The position numbers were made by a program, and so were the translations under genes. Positions 8,964 to 18,314 of a stretch of 64,000 bases of DNA are shown here, in pieces. Positions within the stretch are counted from its first letter, which is position 1; the number at the start of each line of letters is the position of its first letter. This DNA comes from a virus: the IMG/VR virus record IMGVR_UViG_3300037309_000121. One strand, given 5' to 3'. The notes under the pieces are model-generated. The model ran no database searches. It saw nothing but the letters and a program-made list of their open reading frames with translations, and was not told the DNA's origin.

Positions 8964-9773
8964 ATGCAGTTTGACTTCGCGCAGAACACGAACGTGGACA
9001 ACATCGAGAAGGTTCCTGCAGACTTCCGGGGCCTCTACGCCGAGCACACCGAGGGTGACAAGAAGACCTTCAAGCTCGCCTCCGACAACCCGGCGGTCAA
9101 ATCCGCCGTCGCCGCCATCACCGGCCTGAACAGCGCCCTGAAGGCCGCCCGCGCCGAGGCCACCGCGGCCAAGGGCCAACAGATCGACCTCACCCCGCTG
9201 AGCGAGTTCGGCACGGACCCCGCAGCCATTGCCACGAAGTTCAAGGAGACCATCGAGGGGCTGCAAAGCCAACTCAAGGGCGTCGACGTCAACAAGATCA
9301 AGGCCGACCTCGAGAAGCCGTGGTCTCAGAAGGTGACGGCAGCGGAGGAGCGGGCGAAGAAGGCCGAAGCATCCTTCCACCAGCGCGTGGTGGTCGGGGA
9401 CGCGAAGTCCGCCATCGCTTCTGCCAAGGCCGACGAGCTCCTGCTCCCCTTCGTGCTGCAGAGCGCGAAGGTCACTACCAAGGAGACCGGCGAGCTCGAC
9501 GTCGTCATCGTCGACGAACAGGGTGCCGTCCGCTACAGCGGTGTCACCGGCCAGCCGATGACCATCAGCGAGCGCGTCCAGGAGATGAAGGGGATCGAGC
9601 GGTTCGCGAAGCTGTTCCCCTCGGAGGCACCCAAGGGGGGTGGCGCTGCTCCCGGCAGCGCAAGCCGCAACTCCTCGCAGAACCGTCCGGGTGGTGTCAA
9701 GACCGAGGACATGACTCCTCAGCAGAAGATCGCTGCCGGTCTCTCCCGAGGGCTGGCCGTCAAGATGAAGTGA
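8964..9773 (+). CDS. Capsid scaffolding protein
   Basis: Ala/Lys/Glu-rich coiled-coil protein directly before the capsid gene, with GGG-rich linker and KIAAGL tail. Confidence 0.75.
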   Translation: MQFDFAQNTNVDNIEKVPADFRGLYAEHTEGDKKTFKLASDNPAVKSAVAAITGLNSALKAARAEATAAKGQQIDLTPLSEFGTDPAAIATKFKETIEGLQSQLKGVDVNKIKADLEKPWSQKVTAAEERAKKAEASFHQRVVVGDAKSAIASAKADELLLPFVLQSAKVTTKETGELDVVIVDEQGAVRYSGVTGQPMTISERVQEMKGIERFAKLFPSEAPKGGGAAPGSASRNSSQNRPGGVKTEDMTPQQKIAAGLSRGLAVKMK

Positions 9774-9966
9774 GGTGTGTCCCAAAGTTTGTTGAACTCA
9801 TCGCTTGTCCCGAGCGAAAGATCGGGACAAGATTTCCAGACTCGATAGGTGGGCAGGTGAACTGACCCACGTCGGCTCCGCGAGGGTGATCCAAGCGTGC
9901 CGGTGAGAACCGCCACCCAGAACACCACAGGCTGCGCGGTGCAGCCCCATCGCAGGAGACTGACCC

Positions 9967-10935
9967 ATGCCTTCCGTGACCCTTGCTGAGTCCGCCAAGC
10001 TCGCTCAGAACGAGCTCGTCGCCGGTGTGATCGAGTCGATCATCACCGTCAACCAGATGTTCCAGGTACTGCCCTTCGACGGCATCACCGGCAACGCCCT
10101 CGCCTACAACCGCGAGAACGCCCAGGGTGGTGTCGTGGTCTCGGGCGTCGGCTCCGACCTGACTACCGACCTCGGCGCTGGCGCGCTCGGCGTCGGCGGC
10201 GGTGCTGGCTACGCCAAGTCGGCGGCAACTTTCACTCAGGTGACGAGCTCCCTGACTACGATCATCGGCGACGCAGAGGTGAACGGCCTGATCCAGGCGA
10301 CTCGCAGCGGCGACGGCAACGACCAGACGGCTGTCCAGATTGCTTCCAAGGCGAAGCACGCGGGGCGCAAGTTCCAGGACATGCTGATCAACGGCGACGG
10401 CACGAGCAACACCTTCGCTGGTCTGCTGACGCTGTGTGCCTCGAACCAGAAGGTCGACACCGGCACCGACGGCAAGAACCTGGCCTTCAGCGACCTCGAC
10501 AAGCTGATTGCGCTGATCACCGACAAGGATGGCGTGGTCGACTACTTCGCGATGAACGTCCGGACGATCAACAGCTACATGGAACTGCTCCGCGGTCTCG
10601 GCGGTGCTTCGGTCAACGAGGTGGTCACTCTGCCCTCGGGTCAGGAGATCCCCGCCTACCGAGGCGTCCCGATCTTCCGGAACGACTACATCCCCCTCAA
10701 CCAAACGAAGGGCGCGACGAGCAACTGCACCACGATCTTCGCCGGTACCCTCGACGACGGCTCGCGGTCCTATGGCATCTCGGGCCTGACTGCTGCCGAG
10801 ATGGCAGGCATCAACGTGGTCGACGTCGGTGAGTCGGAGACCAAGGACGAGCACATCTGGCGCGTCAAGTGGTACGCCGGTCTCGCCCTCTTCAGCGAGA
10901 AGGGCCTGGCCCTCGCTGACGGCATCCGCAACTGA
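9967..10935 (+). CDS. Major capsid protein (YuA/M6-like)
   Basis: SVTLAESAKLAQNELVAGVIE...GLIQATRSGDGNDQTAVQIASKAK...WRVKWYAGLALFSEKGLA, closely matching recalled Mesyanzhinovviridae MCPs. Confidence 0.93.
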   Translation: MPSVTLAESAKLAQNELVAGVIESIITVNQMFQVLPFDGITGNALAYNRENAQGGVVVSGVGSDLTTDLGAGALGVGGGAGYAKSAATFTQVTSSLTTIIGDAEVNGLIQATRSGDGNDQTAVQIASKAKHAGRKFQDMLINGDGTSNTFAGLLTLCASNQKVDTGTDGKNLAFSDLDKLIALITDKDGVVDYFAMNVRTINSYMELLRGLGGASVNEVVTLPSGQEIPAYRGVPIFRNDYIPLNQTKGATSNCTTIFAGTLDDGSRSYGISGLTAAEMAGINVVDVGESETKDEHIWRVKWYAGLALFSEKGLALADGIRN

Positions 10936-10952
10936 CCTGATCCGAACCCAAT

Positions 10953-10980
10953 TGTCGAGCGAGGTAACCCTCGCTCGACA
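10953..10980 (+). terminator. Perfect 12-bp hairpin after major capsid gene (terminator or stability hairpin)
   Basis: TGTCGAGCGAGG-TAAC-CCTCGCTCGACA; no clear U-tract. Confidence 0.55.
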
Positions 10981-11033
10981 GATTACGATGACCTCTTCGT
11001 CGGAAATTCTTGAGCTGATCAAGGAGTGAAAAG

Positions 11034-11615
11034 ATGCCTGCATACATGGTCGAAGCCAGCCGTGACGCCGCGACTCGCCGAATTGATGGGGTCGACACCA
11101 TGGTGGTCTTCGCCGCAGACGCGGCGACAGCGAAGAAGATGGCGCAGGCTCGCTACACTGGCGACTCTGACGCGGTCTGGAACGGCGCTACGGTCACTGA
11201 GATCGTGGCTGCCGCCAACTGGATCGGCTGGGTCTTCAGCTGGGAGCTGATCGCACCGAACGGCACGATCTTCTCGTCCGGCTCCCTGACTGCAACTGGT
11301 GCCGCTCAGGACACAATCGACGAGATCGGTGCAGCTCTGGTCACTGCCATCAACGCAACGGCCATCGACAACGCTGCCTACAACGCTTCTACCAACACCC
11401 TCAGCGTCGCAGGTGCAGCGGACAACAAGGGCGATCATCGCCTCATCTTCCGGATCAAGCCCCCGGCAGCCCAGAACGAGGGCGACGTGAACGTGAGCGA
11501 CCTCGTGGGCACGATCACCCATCAGGGGTCTGCTGGTTCGGCCGTCACGGTTGTCCTGCCTGCCGACAACGCCGTCATCCCCCAGGTCTTCGCTCGCGGC
11601 ATCCGGGTGGCCTAG
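11034..11615 (+). CDS. Virion structural protein (head-associated)
   Basis: AAGGAG RBS; Ala/Gly/Thr-rich; position right after MCP. Confidence 0.65.
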   Translation: MPAYMVEASRDAATRRIDGVDTMVVFAADAATAKKMAQARYTGDSDAVWNGATVTEIVAAANWIGWVFSWELIAPNGTIFSSGSLTATGAAQDTIDEIGAALVTAINATAIDNAAYNASTNTLSVAGAADNKGDHRLIFRIKPPAAQNEGDVNVSDLVGTITHQGSAGSAVTVVLPADNAVIPQVFARGIRVA

Positions 11616-11667
11616 GATCACCCAAGAAGACCTGAAGTCAATCTCAGCCCGGAGGGATCGCAATCTC

Positions 11668-12288
11668 ATGAACACAGAGATCCAGACGAAGACATTTGTC
11701 CTGACCGGCCCTCTGGCAGGCAAGACTCTCCAGATCAACGGTCGAAACTTCGTGAACGGTCGATGCCAGGTGACGGCTCCCGCGAACCTGATGAGCGGCG
11801 CAGAGCTCTACCTCGGCTCCTACTACCAAGCCTTCCCCGAAGGATCAGCGTCACTCCTGGCAGCTCAGGCGAAGGAGGAGAAGTCCAATGGCCAGCGTGG
11901 TGTTCCGCCCAGCGACGTCGAGGACCAACCACACGCGGTACACGGCGGAGTTCAGCAGGCAGGGCAGGGGTCTGGGGCGGAAGACCCCGCTCTCGGCTCG
12001 GCAGATGCTGGAACCGCGTCCGGGCCCGCCGATGGTCTGGCCGCTGGGGACGGACAACCGAGCTCCGAGGCTCCCCGGGGAGACCAGGTGAAGGCCATCA
12101 ACGCGGCACTGCAGAAGCTCGACCCCGAGGTTGCGGAGCATTGGTCCGAGGACCACAAGCCAGCCGTGAATGTCGTGAGCAAGCTCGCTGGCTTCCCAGT
12201 CACCAGGTCTGAGATCGACGCGATCACTGGCGGAGCGAAAAATCCGCTGCGGACGGAGGATCGTCAGCCTCTCAAGAAGACGAAGTGA
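11668..12288 (+). CDS. Virion structural/hypothetical protein
   Basis: GGAGG RBS, ATG 11668; N-terminal domain plus low-complexity linker. Confidence 0.6.
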   Translation: MNTEIQTKTFVLTGPLAGKTLQINGRNFVNGRCQVTAPANLMSGAELYLGSYYQAFPEGSASLLAAQAKEEKSNGQRGVPPSDVEDQPHAVHGGVQQAGQGSGAEDPALGSADAGTASGPADGLAAGDGQPSSEAPRGDQVKAINAALQKLDPEVAEHWSEDHKPAVNVVSKLAGFPVTRSEIDAITGGAKNPLRTEDRQPLKKTK

Positions 12289-12331
12289 GTTCCGGTTCGT
12301 TGCGGCAGCGAGAGATCCAAGGAGTCAGCAA

Positions 12332-12499
12332 GTGGCGAACAAGATCCCCAACAGTCGTCAGAATCACGGCGGGATGCGTCGCGGCCCTTCTCAGAAGAAC
12401 GTGGTGAGTGGCGGTCGTCGGAAGGCGAACCCGGCCAGCGAAGCCACCTCCATGATGCGGCGCGGCAAGATGAAGGGTCCGGGGGTGGACGGGAAGTAG
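12332..12499 (+). CDS. 55-aa highly basic peptide (below ORF-track threshold)
   Basis: AAGGAG RBS then GTG; MANKIPNSRQNHGGMRRGPSQKNVVSGGRRKANPASEATSMMRRGKMKGPGVDGK-TAG. Confidence 0.6.
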   Translation: MANKIPNSRQNHGGMRRGPSQKNVVSGGRRKANPASEATSMMRRGKMKGPGVDGK

Positions 12500-12512
12500 C
12501 TCCAGCACCAAG

Positions 12513-13016
12513 ATGGCCAAGAAGCTCTACAAGATCGGCGAAGGAGCCGGTGGCCTGACTGGCAGAGCTGAGAAGCTCGCGAAGCAAACGGGGGAACTAC
12601 CAATGCGGAGAGTGACTTTCGGTGGGTTCGGGTCCGGCGGTGGAGACAGTCGTCGCCACGAGACGATAGTTCCTGAACCGCCCTCAATCTTGGGCATCAC
12701 GTTCCTCGTTGAGGAGAGCACTCCCCTTGAAGCCACGATCGAGTTCAGCGCCGCGATGGACCAGACCAAGGGTCTGGTCGATCCCGAGAACGACTGGTTC
12801 TTCACGCTCGCCCAGTCCGGGCTCACCTGGCGGTATCAGTCAGCGAGCTGGGTGTCGCCCACTCACCTCAAGCTGAGCACCTACCTGGGCCTCGGGACCA
12901 GCTTTGACCCCCAGCAGGACCGAGCTGTGTACTCGGGTTCTGGCAGCGATCAGCTGAGGGGCCTCAACAGCGCTACGCTGCCGACCGGCTATGTCGCGAC
13001 GCACCCTGGATTCTGA
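12513..13016 (+). CDS. Hypothetical protein in head-tail region
   Basis: ORF filling operon between neighbours. Confidence 0.55.
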   Translation: MAKKLYKIGEGAGGLTGRAEKLAKQTGELPMRRVTFGGFGSGGGDSRRHETIVPEPPSILGITFLVEESTPLEATIEFSAAMDQTKGLVDPENDWFFTLAQSGLTWRYQSASWVSPTHLKLSTYLGLGTSFDPQQDRAVYSGSGSDQLRGLNSATLPTGYVATHPGF

Positions 13017-13024
13017 GGTGACGC

Positions 13025-13663
13025 ATGCCCTTCGTCCTGGAGAATGGTCAGGGTCTCGAAAATGCGAACGGCTACATCAGCGTCGCATTCGCCGACACCT
13101 ACCACTCGGATCGAGGTCATGTCTACTGGAGCTCTCTCAGTTCGACGAAGAAGGAACAGTGCATCGTCCGAGCGACAGACTACATTGACAAGCGATTTGG
13201 TCGTCGATTCCGAGGATCTCGTCGCTCCCAGCGGCAAGCGCTGGAGTGGCCGCGGCTGGACGCCTTCGACGACGACCGCTTCCTGCTCGCGGAGCAGGAC
13301 GAGATCCCACGCTCGCTCTCGAAGGCTTGCGCCGAGTACGCCCTCCGAGCCGCCCTCCTGGGCGAACTTGCTCCCGACCCACCGCTGCCGGTTCCGGTCC
13401 AAGATCTGGGAACGAATTCCCCGACAGCTCCGCCTTCCGGAGATATCCTGACGGGGCAGGTCAGCTCGAAGGCTGTGAAGGTTGGTCCAATCGAGGAAAG
13501 CACTGCGTATCAGACAGCGAGCGAGGTCTCTGCTCGCACTCGGAACAAGCAGGCGATGGGCTTCACCGTCTCTGACTTCAACATCCCCGAGTACCCCGCA
13601 GCAGACCTTCTGCTCGAAGAGCTCCTCAACACGAACGCACAGCGCAGGATAGCGAGAGGTTGA
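13025..13663 (+). CDS. Head-tail adaptor (DnaT-like annotated family)
   Basis: FVLENGQGLENANGYISVAFADTYH...RATDYID...QALEWPR signature. Confidence 0.8.
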   Translation: MPFVLENGQGLENANGYISVAFADTYHSDRGHVYWSSLSSTKKEQCIVRATDYIDKRFGRRFRGSRRSQRQALEWPRLDAFDDDRFLLAEQDEIPRSLSKACAEYALRAALLGELAPDPPLPVPVQDLGTNSPTAPPSGDILTGQVSSKAVKVGPIEESTAYQTASEVSARTRNKQAMGFTVSDFNIPEYPAADLLLEELLNTNAQRRIARG

Positions 13664-14040
13664 TGGCTTACAACTACTCGAGCCTCTCCGCAACTGCCAA
13701 GCGACTCATCGATCGGTTCGGTCGGAGCGTGACGCTCAAGAAGCAGAGCGCGACTCCGACTGATGCGGCGAAGCCCTGGAGAGGCAGCTCTCAGGCGAGC
13801 GACATCTCGACGACAGCGCTGGCAGTCATCGTAGACTTCGCGCTCGAGGAGGCGGAGAGCGATCACGTGCAGCGCGGAGACAAGAGAGCCTATGTCGCTC
13901 AGGATAGTGCTCCTGAAATTGACCTCTCTTCCTACGATCGCCTCGTCGAAGCTGACGGTCAGACCTGGCAGATTGTTCGAGCAGAGACGATCAATCCTGG
14001 CGACACCAAGTTGATGTACGACCTGCAGCTGAGGCAGTAG
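13663..14040 (+). CDS. Head closure / head-tail joining protein
   Basis: YSSLSATAKRLIDRFGRSVTL...INPGDTKLMYDLQLR. Confidence 0.75.
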   Translation: MAYNYSSLSATAKRLIDRFGRSVTLKKQSATPTDAAKPWRGSSQASDISTTALAVIVDFALEEAESDHVQRGDKRAYVAQDSAPEIDLSSYDRLVEADGQTWQIVRAETINPGDTKLMYDLQLRQ

Positions 14041-14042
14041 CG

Positions 14043-14486
14043 ATGGCGACGACTACACAAGCTCGCGACGAGATCCTCGCTCGCCTCAAGACGGCTGCGG
14101 ATTCTGTCACGCCGAATCCCCTGAGGCTCATCTATGACGATGCTCCGGGTCAGCCGACTCGCACCGAGAGCACAACCTCGAGAGTCGATCCTTGGGCTCG
14201 CGCCCGAGTGCAGCACACGGCGGGGCGTCAGGCCTCGCTCTCGGGGGCTAGCGGCACGAAGCGGTGGGAGCGTAGCGGCTTCCTGATCGTCCAGCTTTTC
14301 ACGCCCATTCTCCAGGGACAGAGCTCTGCCGACTCTCTGGTGGGTATCATTCGAGGCGCGTTCGAGGGGTACTCGACGCCCAGCGGTGTCTGGTTCCGGA
14401 ATCCCCGAATCAGCGAAGTTGGGTCGGACGGCACCTGGTACCAGACGAATATCCTTGTTGACTTCTTGTACGACGAGGTCAAGTAG
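14043..14486 (+). CDS. Tail terminator protein
   Basis: WARARVQH...GFLIVQLFTP...GTWYQTNILVDFLYDE, directly before tail tube. Confidence 0.75.
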   Translation: MATTTQARDEILARLKTAADSVTPNPLRLIYDDAPGQPTRTESTTSRVDPWARARVQHTAGRQASLSGASGTKRWERSGFLIVQLFTPILQGQSSADSLVGIIRGAFEGYSTPSGVWFRNPRISEVGSDGTWYQTNILVDFLYDEVK

Positions 14487-14501
14487 ACGGAGACTCAAGC
14501 C

Positions 14502-16091
14502 ATGGCTGTGCTCAACAAGATCGACTCGAACATCACCGGCCTTCGGTATGCGGTTGAGTCTAGCCTCGGGGTCCTACCGGCAGCTGCCTCTCAGTTCTGG
14601 CTGCCCTTCGAGCCCAACAGCTACCCCGACTTCGGCGGCGAAATCACCACGGTTGCGCGGAACCCGATCAACCCGTCTCGTCAGCGCAAGAAGGGCGTCG
14701 TGACCGACCTCGACGCCAGCGGCGGCTTCAACACCGACCTTACCCAGACGAACCTCCGCGACATCCTCCAGGGGTTCATGTTCGCCGACCTCCGGACGAA
14801 GCAGTCGTTCACCGGAGTTCAAACGGTCGCGACGTCTGACGACAGCTACGGCGCAACTGGCATCCACACCGGTTTCTTCGCCGGTGACCTGATCCTCGCC
14901 AGTGGGTACACGAACAACGCGAACAACGGTCTCAAGAACGTCGTCACGGCGTCCGCCAACAAAGTCACGGTCAGCCAGAACCTGGTCGACGAAACCTCGC
15001 CCACCACGGCCAAGATCCAGTGCGTCGGATTCCAGTTCGGCGCTGGCGAAGTCGAGATCGTCGTCCCCGGCGGCGGCGACCTGCCCCGCCTCAACCGAGC
15101 GAGCGGCTCGAAGGACTTCACGCAGCTCGGCCTGATCCCCGGCGAATTCGTCCGAATCGGCGGAGACTCGGCCCCGAGTCAGTTCGCCACCGCGGCGAAC
15201 AACGGCCTCGCCCGAGTCCGTGCCGTGACCGCCACCACCATCACGTTCGACAAGACGCAGGGCACGATGGTCGCCGACGCTGGGGCGTCGAAGACGATCC
15301 AGATCTTCAAGCCCGCTGCCCTCCTCAAGAACGAGACCGGCACTCTGATCAAGCGTCGTTCTTACACCCTCGAGCGGACGCTCGGCGCGAACAACGACTC
15401 CGATCTCACTCGCGAGCAGGCAGAGTATCTCAACGGCGCGATCGGCTCAGAGTTCACACTGAACGTGCCGACTGCTGAGAAGGTCACTGTCGACCTCTCC
15501 TTCCAGGCGCTCAGCAACTCGACTATCGACGAGAACATCACGGGCGCGAATACTCTCAGGTCCAAAGCTGCGGTGGCTGCTGGCTCAGCTGCGAATGCTC
15601 CGGGCATCGCGGAAGCCGACGCATTCAACACCAGCTCGGACGTCAGCCGCATCAAGCTAGCTACCTTCACTGAAGGCACCACCAACCCGGCTCCGCTCTT
15701 CGCGTTCGCGCAGGAGCTGACGCTCACGCTGAACAACAACCTGACCCCGAACAAGGCGATCGGCGTGCTCGGTGCATTCGAGGTCACCGCTGGAACTTTC
15801 GAGGTTGGGGGGTCGATCACCGCCTACTTCGCCGACGTCGCCGCGATCCAGGCTGTCCGCAACAACGCCGACATCACGCTCGACGCCCACTTCGTGAAGT
15901 CCAACTCGGGCATCAGCTTCGACGTCCCGCTGATCACCCTCGGCGATGCTCGACTCAACGTCGAGCAGGATGACCCGATCACGCTGCCGCTCGAGAACGC
16001 GGCTGCGACAGGCGCGAAGATCCACCCGACCCTGAACCACACCCTGATGATCATGTTCTGGGACTACCTCCCCAGCGCAGCGGACATCTAA
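14502..16091 (+). CDS. Major tail tube protein with internal inserted domain
   Basis: KIDSNITGLRYAVE...EPNSYPDFGGEITTVARNPINPSRQRKKG; YuA-like tube protein. Confidence 0.85.
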   Translation: MAVLNKIDSNITGLRYAVESSLGVLPAAASQFWLPFEPNSYPDFGGEITTVARNPINPSRQRKKGVVTDLDASGGFNTDLTQTNLRDILQGFMFADLRTKQSFTGVQTVATSDDSYGATGIHTGFFAGDLILASGYTNNANNGLKNVVTASANKVTVSQNLVDETSPTTAKIQCVGFQFGAGEVEIVVPGGGDLPRLNRASGSKDFTQLGLIPGEFVRIGGDSAPSQFATAANNGLARVRAVTATTITFDKTQGTMVADAGASKTIQIFKPAALLKNETGTLIKRRSYTLERTLGANNDSDLTREQAEYLNGAIGSEFTLNVPTAEKVTVDLSFQALSNSTIDENITGANTLRSKAAVAAGSAANAPGIAEADAFNTSSDVSRIKLATFTEGTTNPAPLFAFAQELTLTLNNNLTPNKAIGVLGAFEVTAGTFEVGGSITAYFADVAAIQAVRNNADITLDAHFVKSNSGISFDVPLITLGDARLNVEQDDPITLPLENAAATGAKIHPTLNHTLMIMFWDYLPSAADI

Positions 16092-16107
16092 CTGGAGAAG
16101 AGAAGAC

Positions 16108-17868
16108 ATGATCTCGAGCTTGATCGCCGCGCTCTCGTTGTCCGTTCCCGGCTCTGCCTGCGACATCGACTTCAACAACGATGGTAGATTCCCAGATGTT
16201 GGTGACGTGACTGACCTCCTCAACGTGTTTGGCGGGGGCACGTGCTCGACCGCTTCCTGCGACAGCCTCGACATCAACGGTGACGGAATGTTCCCCGACA
16301 ACAACGACATCGAAACCTTCTACGAGCGATACTCGACCTGCGTCGACAACCCCTCCATCACCTGGGCAGATCTCACTCCCCGACCGGGAGCCTTCGTGTA
16401 CTACTTGGATCCGACACACCCCTCGGCGTCCGACTCGGGTCCCTGCAACAGCCCCAGCACGCCGTGCAAGACTGAAGACGCAGCCTACAGGAAGCTCCGC
16501 TCTGGGTCTTCCGACCAGCTCCGCATCGCTCGCGGCTCAGACATCGCCGGGAGGCTCGGAGTCAGTCCGGGCAACAACGAGCCCGACGACTGGCGAAAGA
16601 GTGGTGCCTCTCCGCAAGCTCCGATGGTTGTCACCAGCTACGGGAATCCCGACCTGCCTCCGCCGATCATCCGCGGAGGAGCGATGATGCACGTCGGCTC
16701 CTCGAACTGGATCATCAGCGGCATCGACTTCCGAGGCACATTCAAGGTGCTCGGGAACTGCAACAACTGGGTTCTCGAGGACACTGAGATCCGCGACGTT
16801 CCCGGCACCGGTCTCGTCGTCGAGGCGGAAGGTCTGGGGCAGGGTCCCTACTACAACGCCATCACCAACGGTGTTGTGCGAGGATTCGTGATCCGCAACT
16901 GCTACGGGGGCAGCGCGTCACATTCGCAGGGCACGTATCTCCAGGGCGTCGACAACCTCCTGCTCGAATACGGCGTGCTGTATCGCAACGGATGGGATCC
17001 GGCGAGAGGTCGAGACGGCACAGCTACGGGCTACAACCAGAACGCCTACGTCGTTGCGGGCTCTGATCGCATCACCCTCAAGAACGTCTGGAGCATCGAA
17101 CCTGCAGCCGGAGCTATACAGCTTCGCGGCAACGCATCGAGCGCCTACGACTGCGCCGTGCTCGGGGCCCCGCTGGGCATCGGAGGCGGGCACCCGCTCG
17201 GTCGATGGCCGACCGACGGTTGGGAGGGTACTATCGAGCGATGTGTGGTGCTCGACGGCGCTCCGTTCATCACGAGCAGCCTCCCCCGTGGGTTCGGTAT
17301 CGGAGTGGTGAGGTCGATCGGAGGGACTGTGCGCAACAACGTCGTCGCGAACTGCAAGGGTTCTCGCGAGGCGGGGTTGTACTTCGACTCAGACTCTTCG
17401 GCTCGCTGCGTCGTGGAGAACAATGTCGTGTGGAACTGGGATGGGGCGGCAGTGCAGTTTCGACGTCAGCTCCAGGCTGCTGAAGTTGTCAGGAACAACA
17501 TCTTCGCCCATCCGGCCAGCGGAGCTGCGGCGCAGCTGTACGTCAACGTTTCCAGCCCAGGTGGTTCCCTTTCCGGCAATGTCTACTGGGGAAGTCCAGT
17601 CGGGAAGGATGCCAACAACCAGCCCAAGGACATCGGGTGGTGGCGTCAGTTCGAGCCGACTGCCGAGCTCCGGCCGGTGAACTTTCCTCCCTTCACTGCC
17701 GCTTCCTGGCTTGAAGAACAGGGCATCTCCGGCCTGGTGGACCCGCACGGCAAGATCGCCCAGTTCGCTGCGCAGAGCGTCCGGAAGAATTCGGAGAACC
17801 CACAGTGGTGGGCAGAAACCTTCGCCAAGCGGGTTCGCCGTGCGTTCCCCCTGCCCTCTGCCGAATAG
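16108..17868 (+). CDS. Secreted right-handed beta-helix (polysaccharide lyase-like) protein with N-terminal dockerin/EF-hand-like tag
   Basis: Signal-like MISSLIAALSLSVPGSA; two DxNxDG loops flanked by Cys; beta-helix repeats (NWVLEDTEIRD, TVRNNVVAN, VVENNVVWN, VVRNNIFAH). Confidence 0.75.
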   Translation: MISSLIAALSLSVPGSACDIDFNNDGRFPDVGDVTDLLNVFGGGTCSTASCDSLDINGDGMFPDNNDIETFYERYSTCVDNPSITWADLTPRPGAFVYYLDPTHPSASDSGPCNSPSTPCKTEDAAYRKLRSGSSDQLRIARGSDIAGRLGVSPGNNEPDDWRKSGASPQAPMVVTSYGNPDLPPPIIRGGAMMHVGSSNWIISGIDFRGTFKVLGNCNNWVLEDTEIRDVPGTGLVVEAEGLGQGPYYNAITNGVVRGFVIRNCYGGSASHSQGTYLQGVDNLLLEYGVLYRNGWDPARGRDGTATGYNQNAYVVAGSDRITLKNVWSIEPAAGAIQLRGNASSAYDCAVLGAPLGIGGGHPLGRWPTDGWEGTIERCVVLDGAPFITSSLPRGFGIGVVRSIGGTVRNNVVANCKGSREAGLYFDSDSSARCVVENNVVWNWDGAAVQFRRQLQAAEVVRNNIFAHPASGAAAQLYVNVSSPGGSLSGNVYWGSPVGKDANNQPKDIGWWRQFEPTAELRPVNFPPFTAASWLEEQGISGLVDPHGKIAQFAAQSVRKNSENPQWWAETFAKRVRRAFPLPSAE

Positions 17869-17885
17869 TCTCAGGAGAAGAAGAG

Positions 17886-18314
17886 TTGAGCACGTACAAG
17901 CAGTTCCAGACTGATACCAATCTCGAGATCTCCGGCATCCGCCTGAACCTGGGCGGCGCTGGTACCTTCGTCATTGCTCGCGCCGGTGGCTCCAACGAGA
18001 AGTTCGCCCGCCGGATGCTTGCCGCAACCAAGCCCTTCCGACGAGCTATCGCGAACGAGACGATGGACAACAAGGAGGCTGACCGTCTCACCGCTCGAGT
18101 TTTCGCAGAAACGGTTGTGCTGAGCTGGGAGGGTGTGACTGGCCCCGACGGCAAGGAGCTCCCCTTCAGCGTCGAGAACGCTGTCAAGCTCTTCACTGAC
18201 CTGCCAGACCTCTTCGCCGAGATTCGCCGAGCCTCCAGCGACGCAGCACTGTACCGCAAGGAGATCCTGGAGGCAGAAGCGGGAAACTCGTCTCCTGCCT
18301 CCAGTACGCCCTGA
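17886..18314 (+). CDS. Tail assembly chaperone (gpG-like)
   Basis: TTG start after GGAG; FVIARAGGSNEKF...VVLSWEGV...FSVENAVKLFTDLPDLF. Confidence 0.85.
   Translation: MSTYKQFQTDTNLEISGIRLNLGGAGTFVIARAGGSNEKFARRMLAATKPFRRAIANETMDNKEADRLTARVFAETVVLSWEGVTGPDGKELPFSVENAVKLFTDLPDLFAEIRRASSDAALYRKEILEAEAGNSSPASSTP
18281..18287 (+). other. -1 programmed ribosomal frameshift site producing the G-T chaperone fusion
   Basis: In-frame GCG GGA AAC = G GGA AAC slippery heptamer; -1 frame reads LVSCLQYALTQGVGEQKIL... without stop into ORF 18323-18676. Confidence 0.85.

Noticed and set aside
13025-13663. DnaT replication-restart protein
   Set aside because: DnaT-like label for this family is misleading; position between head and tail genes indicates a head-tail adaptor
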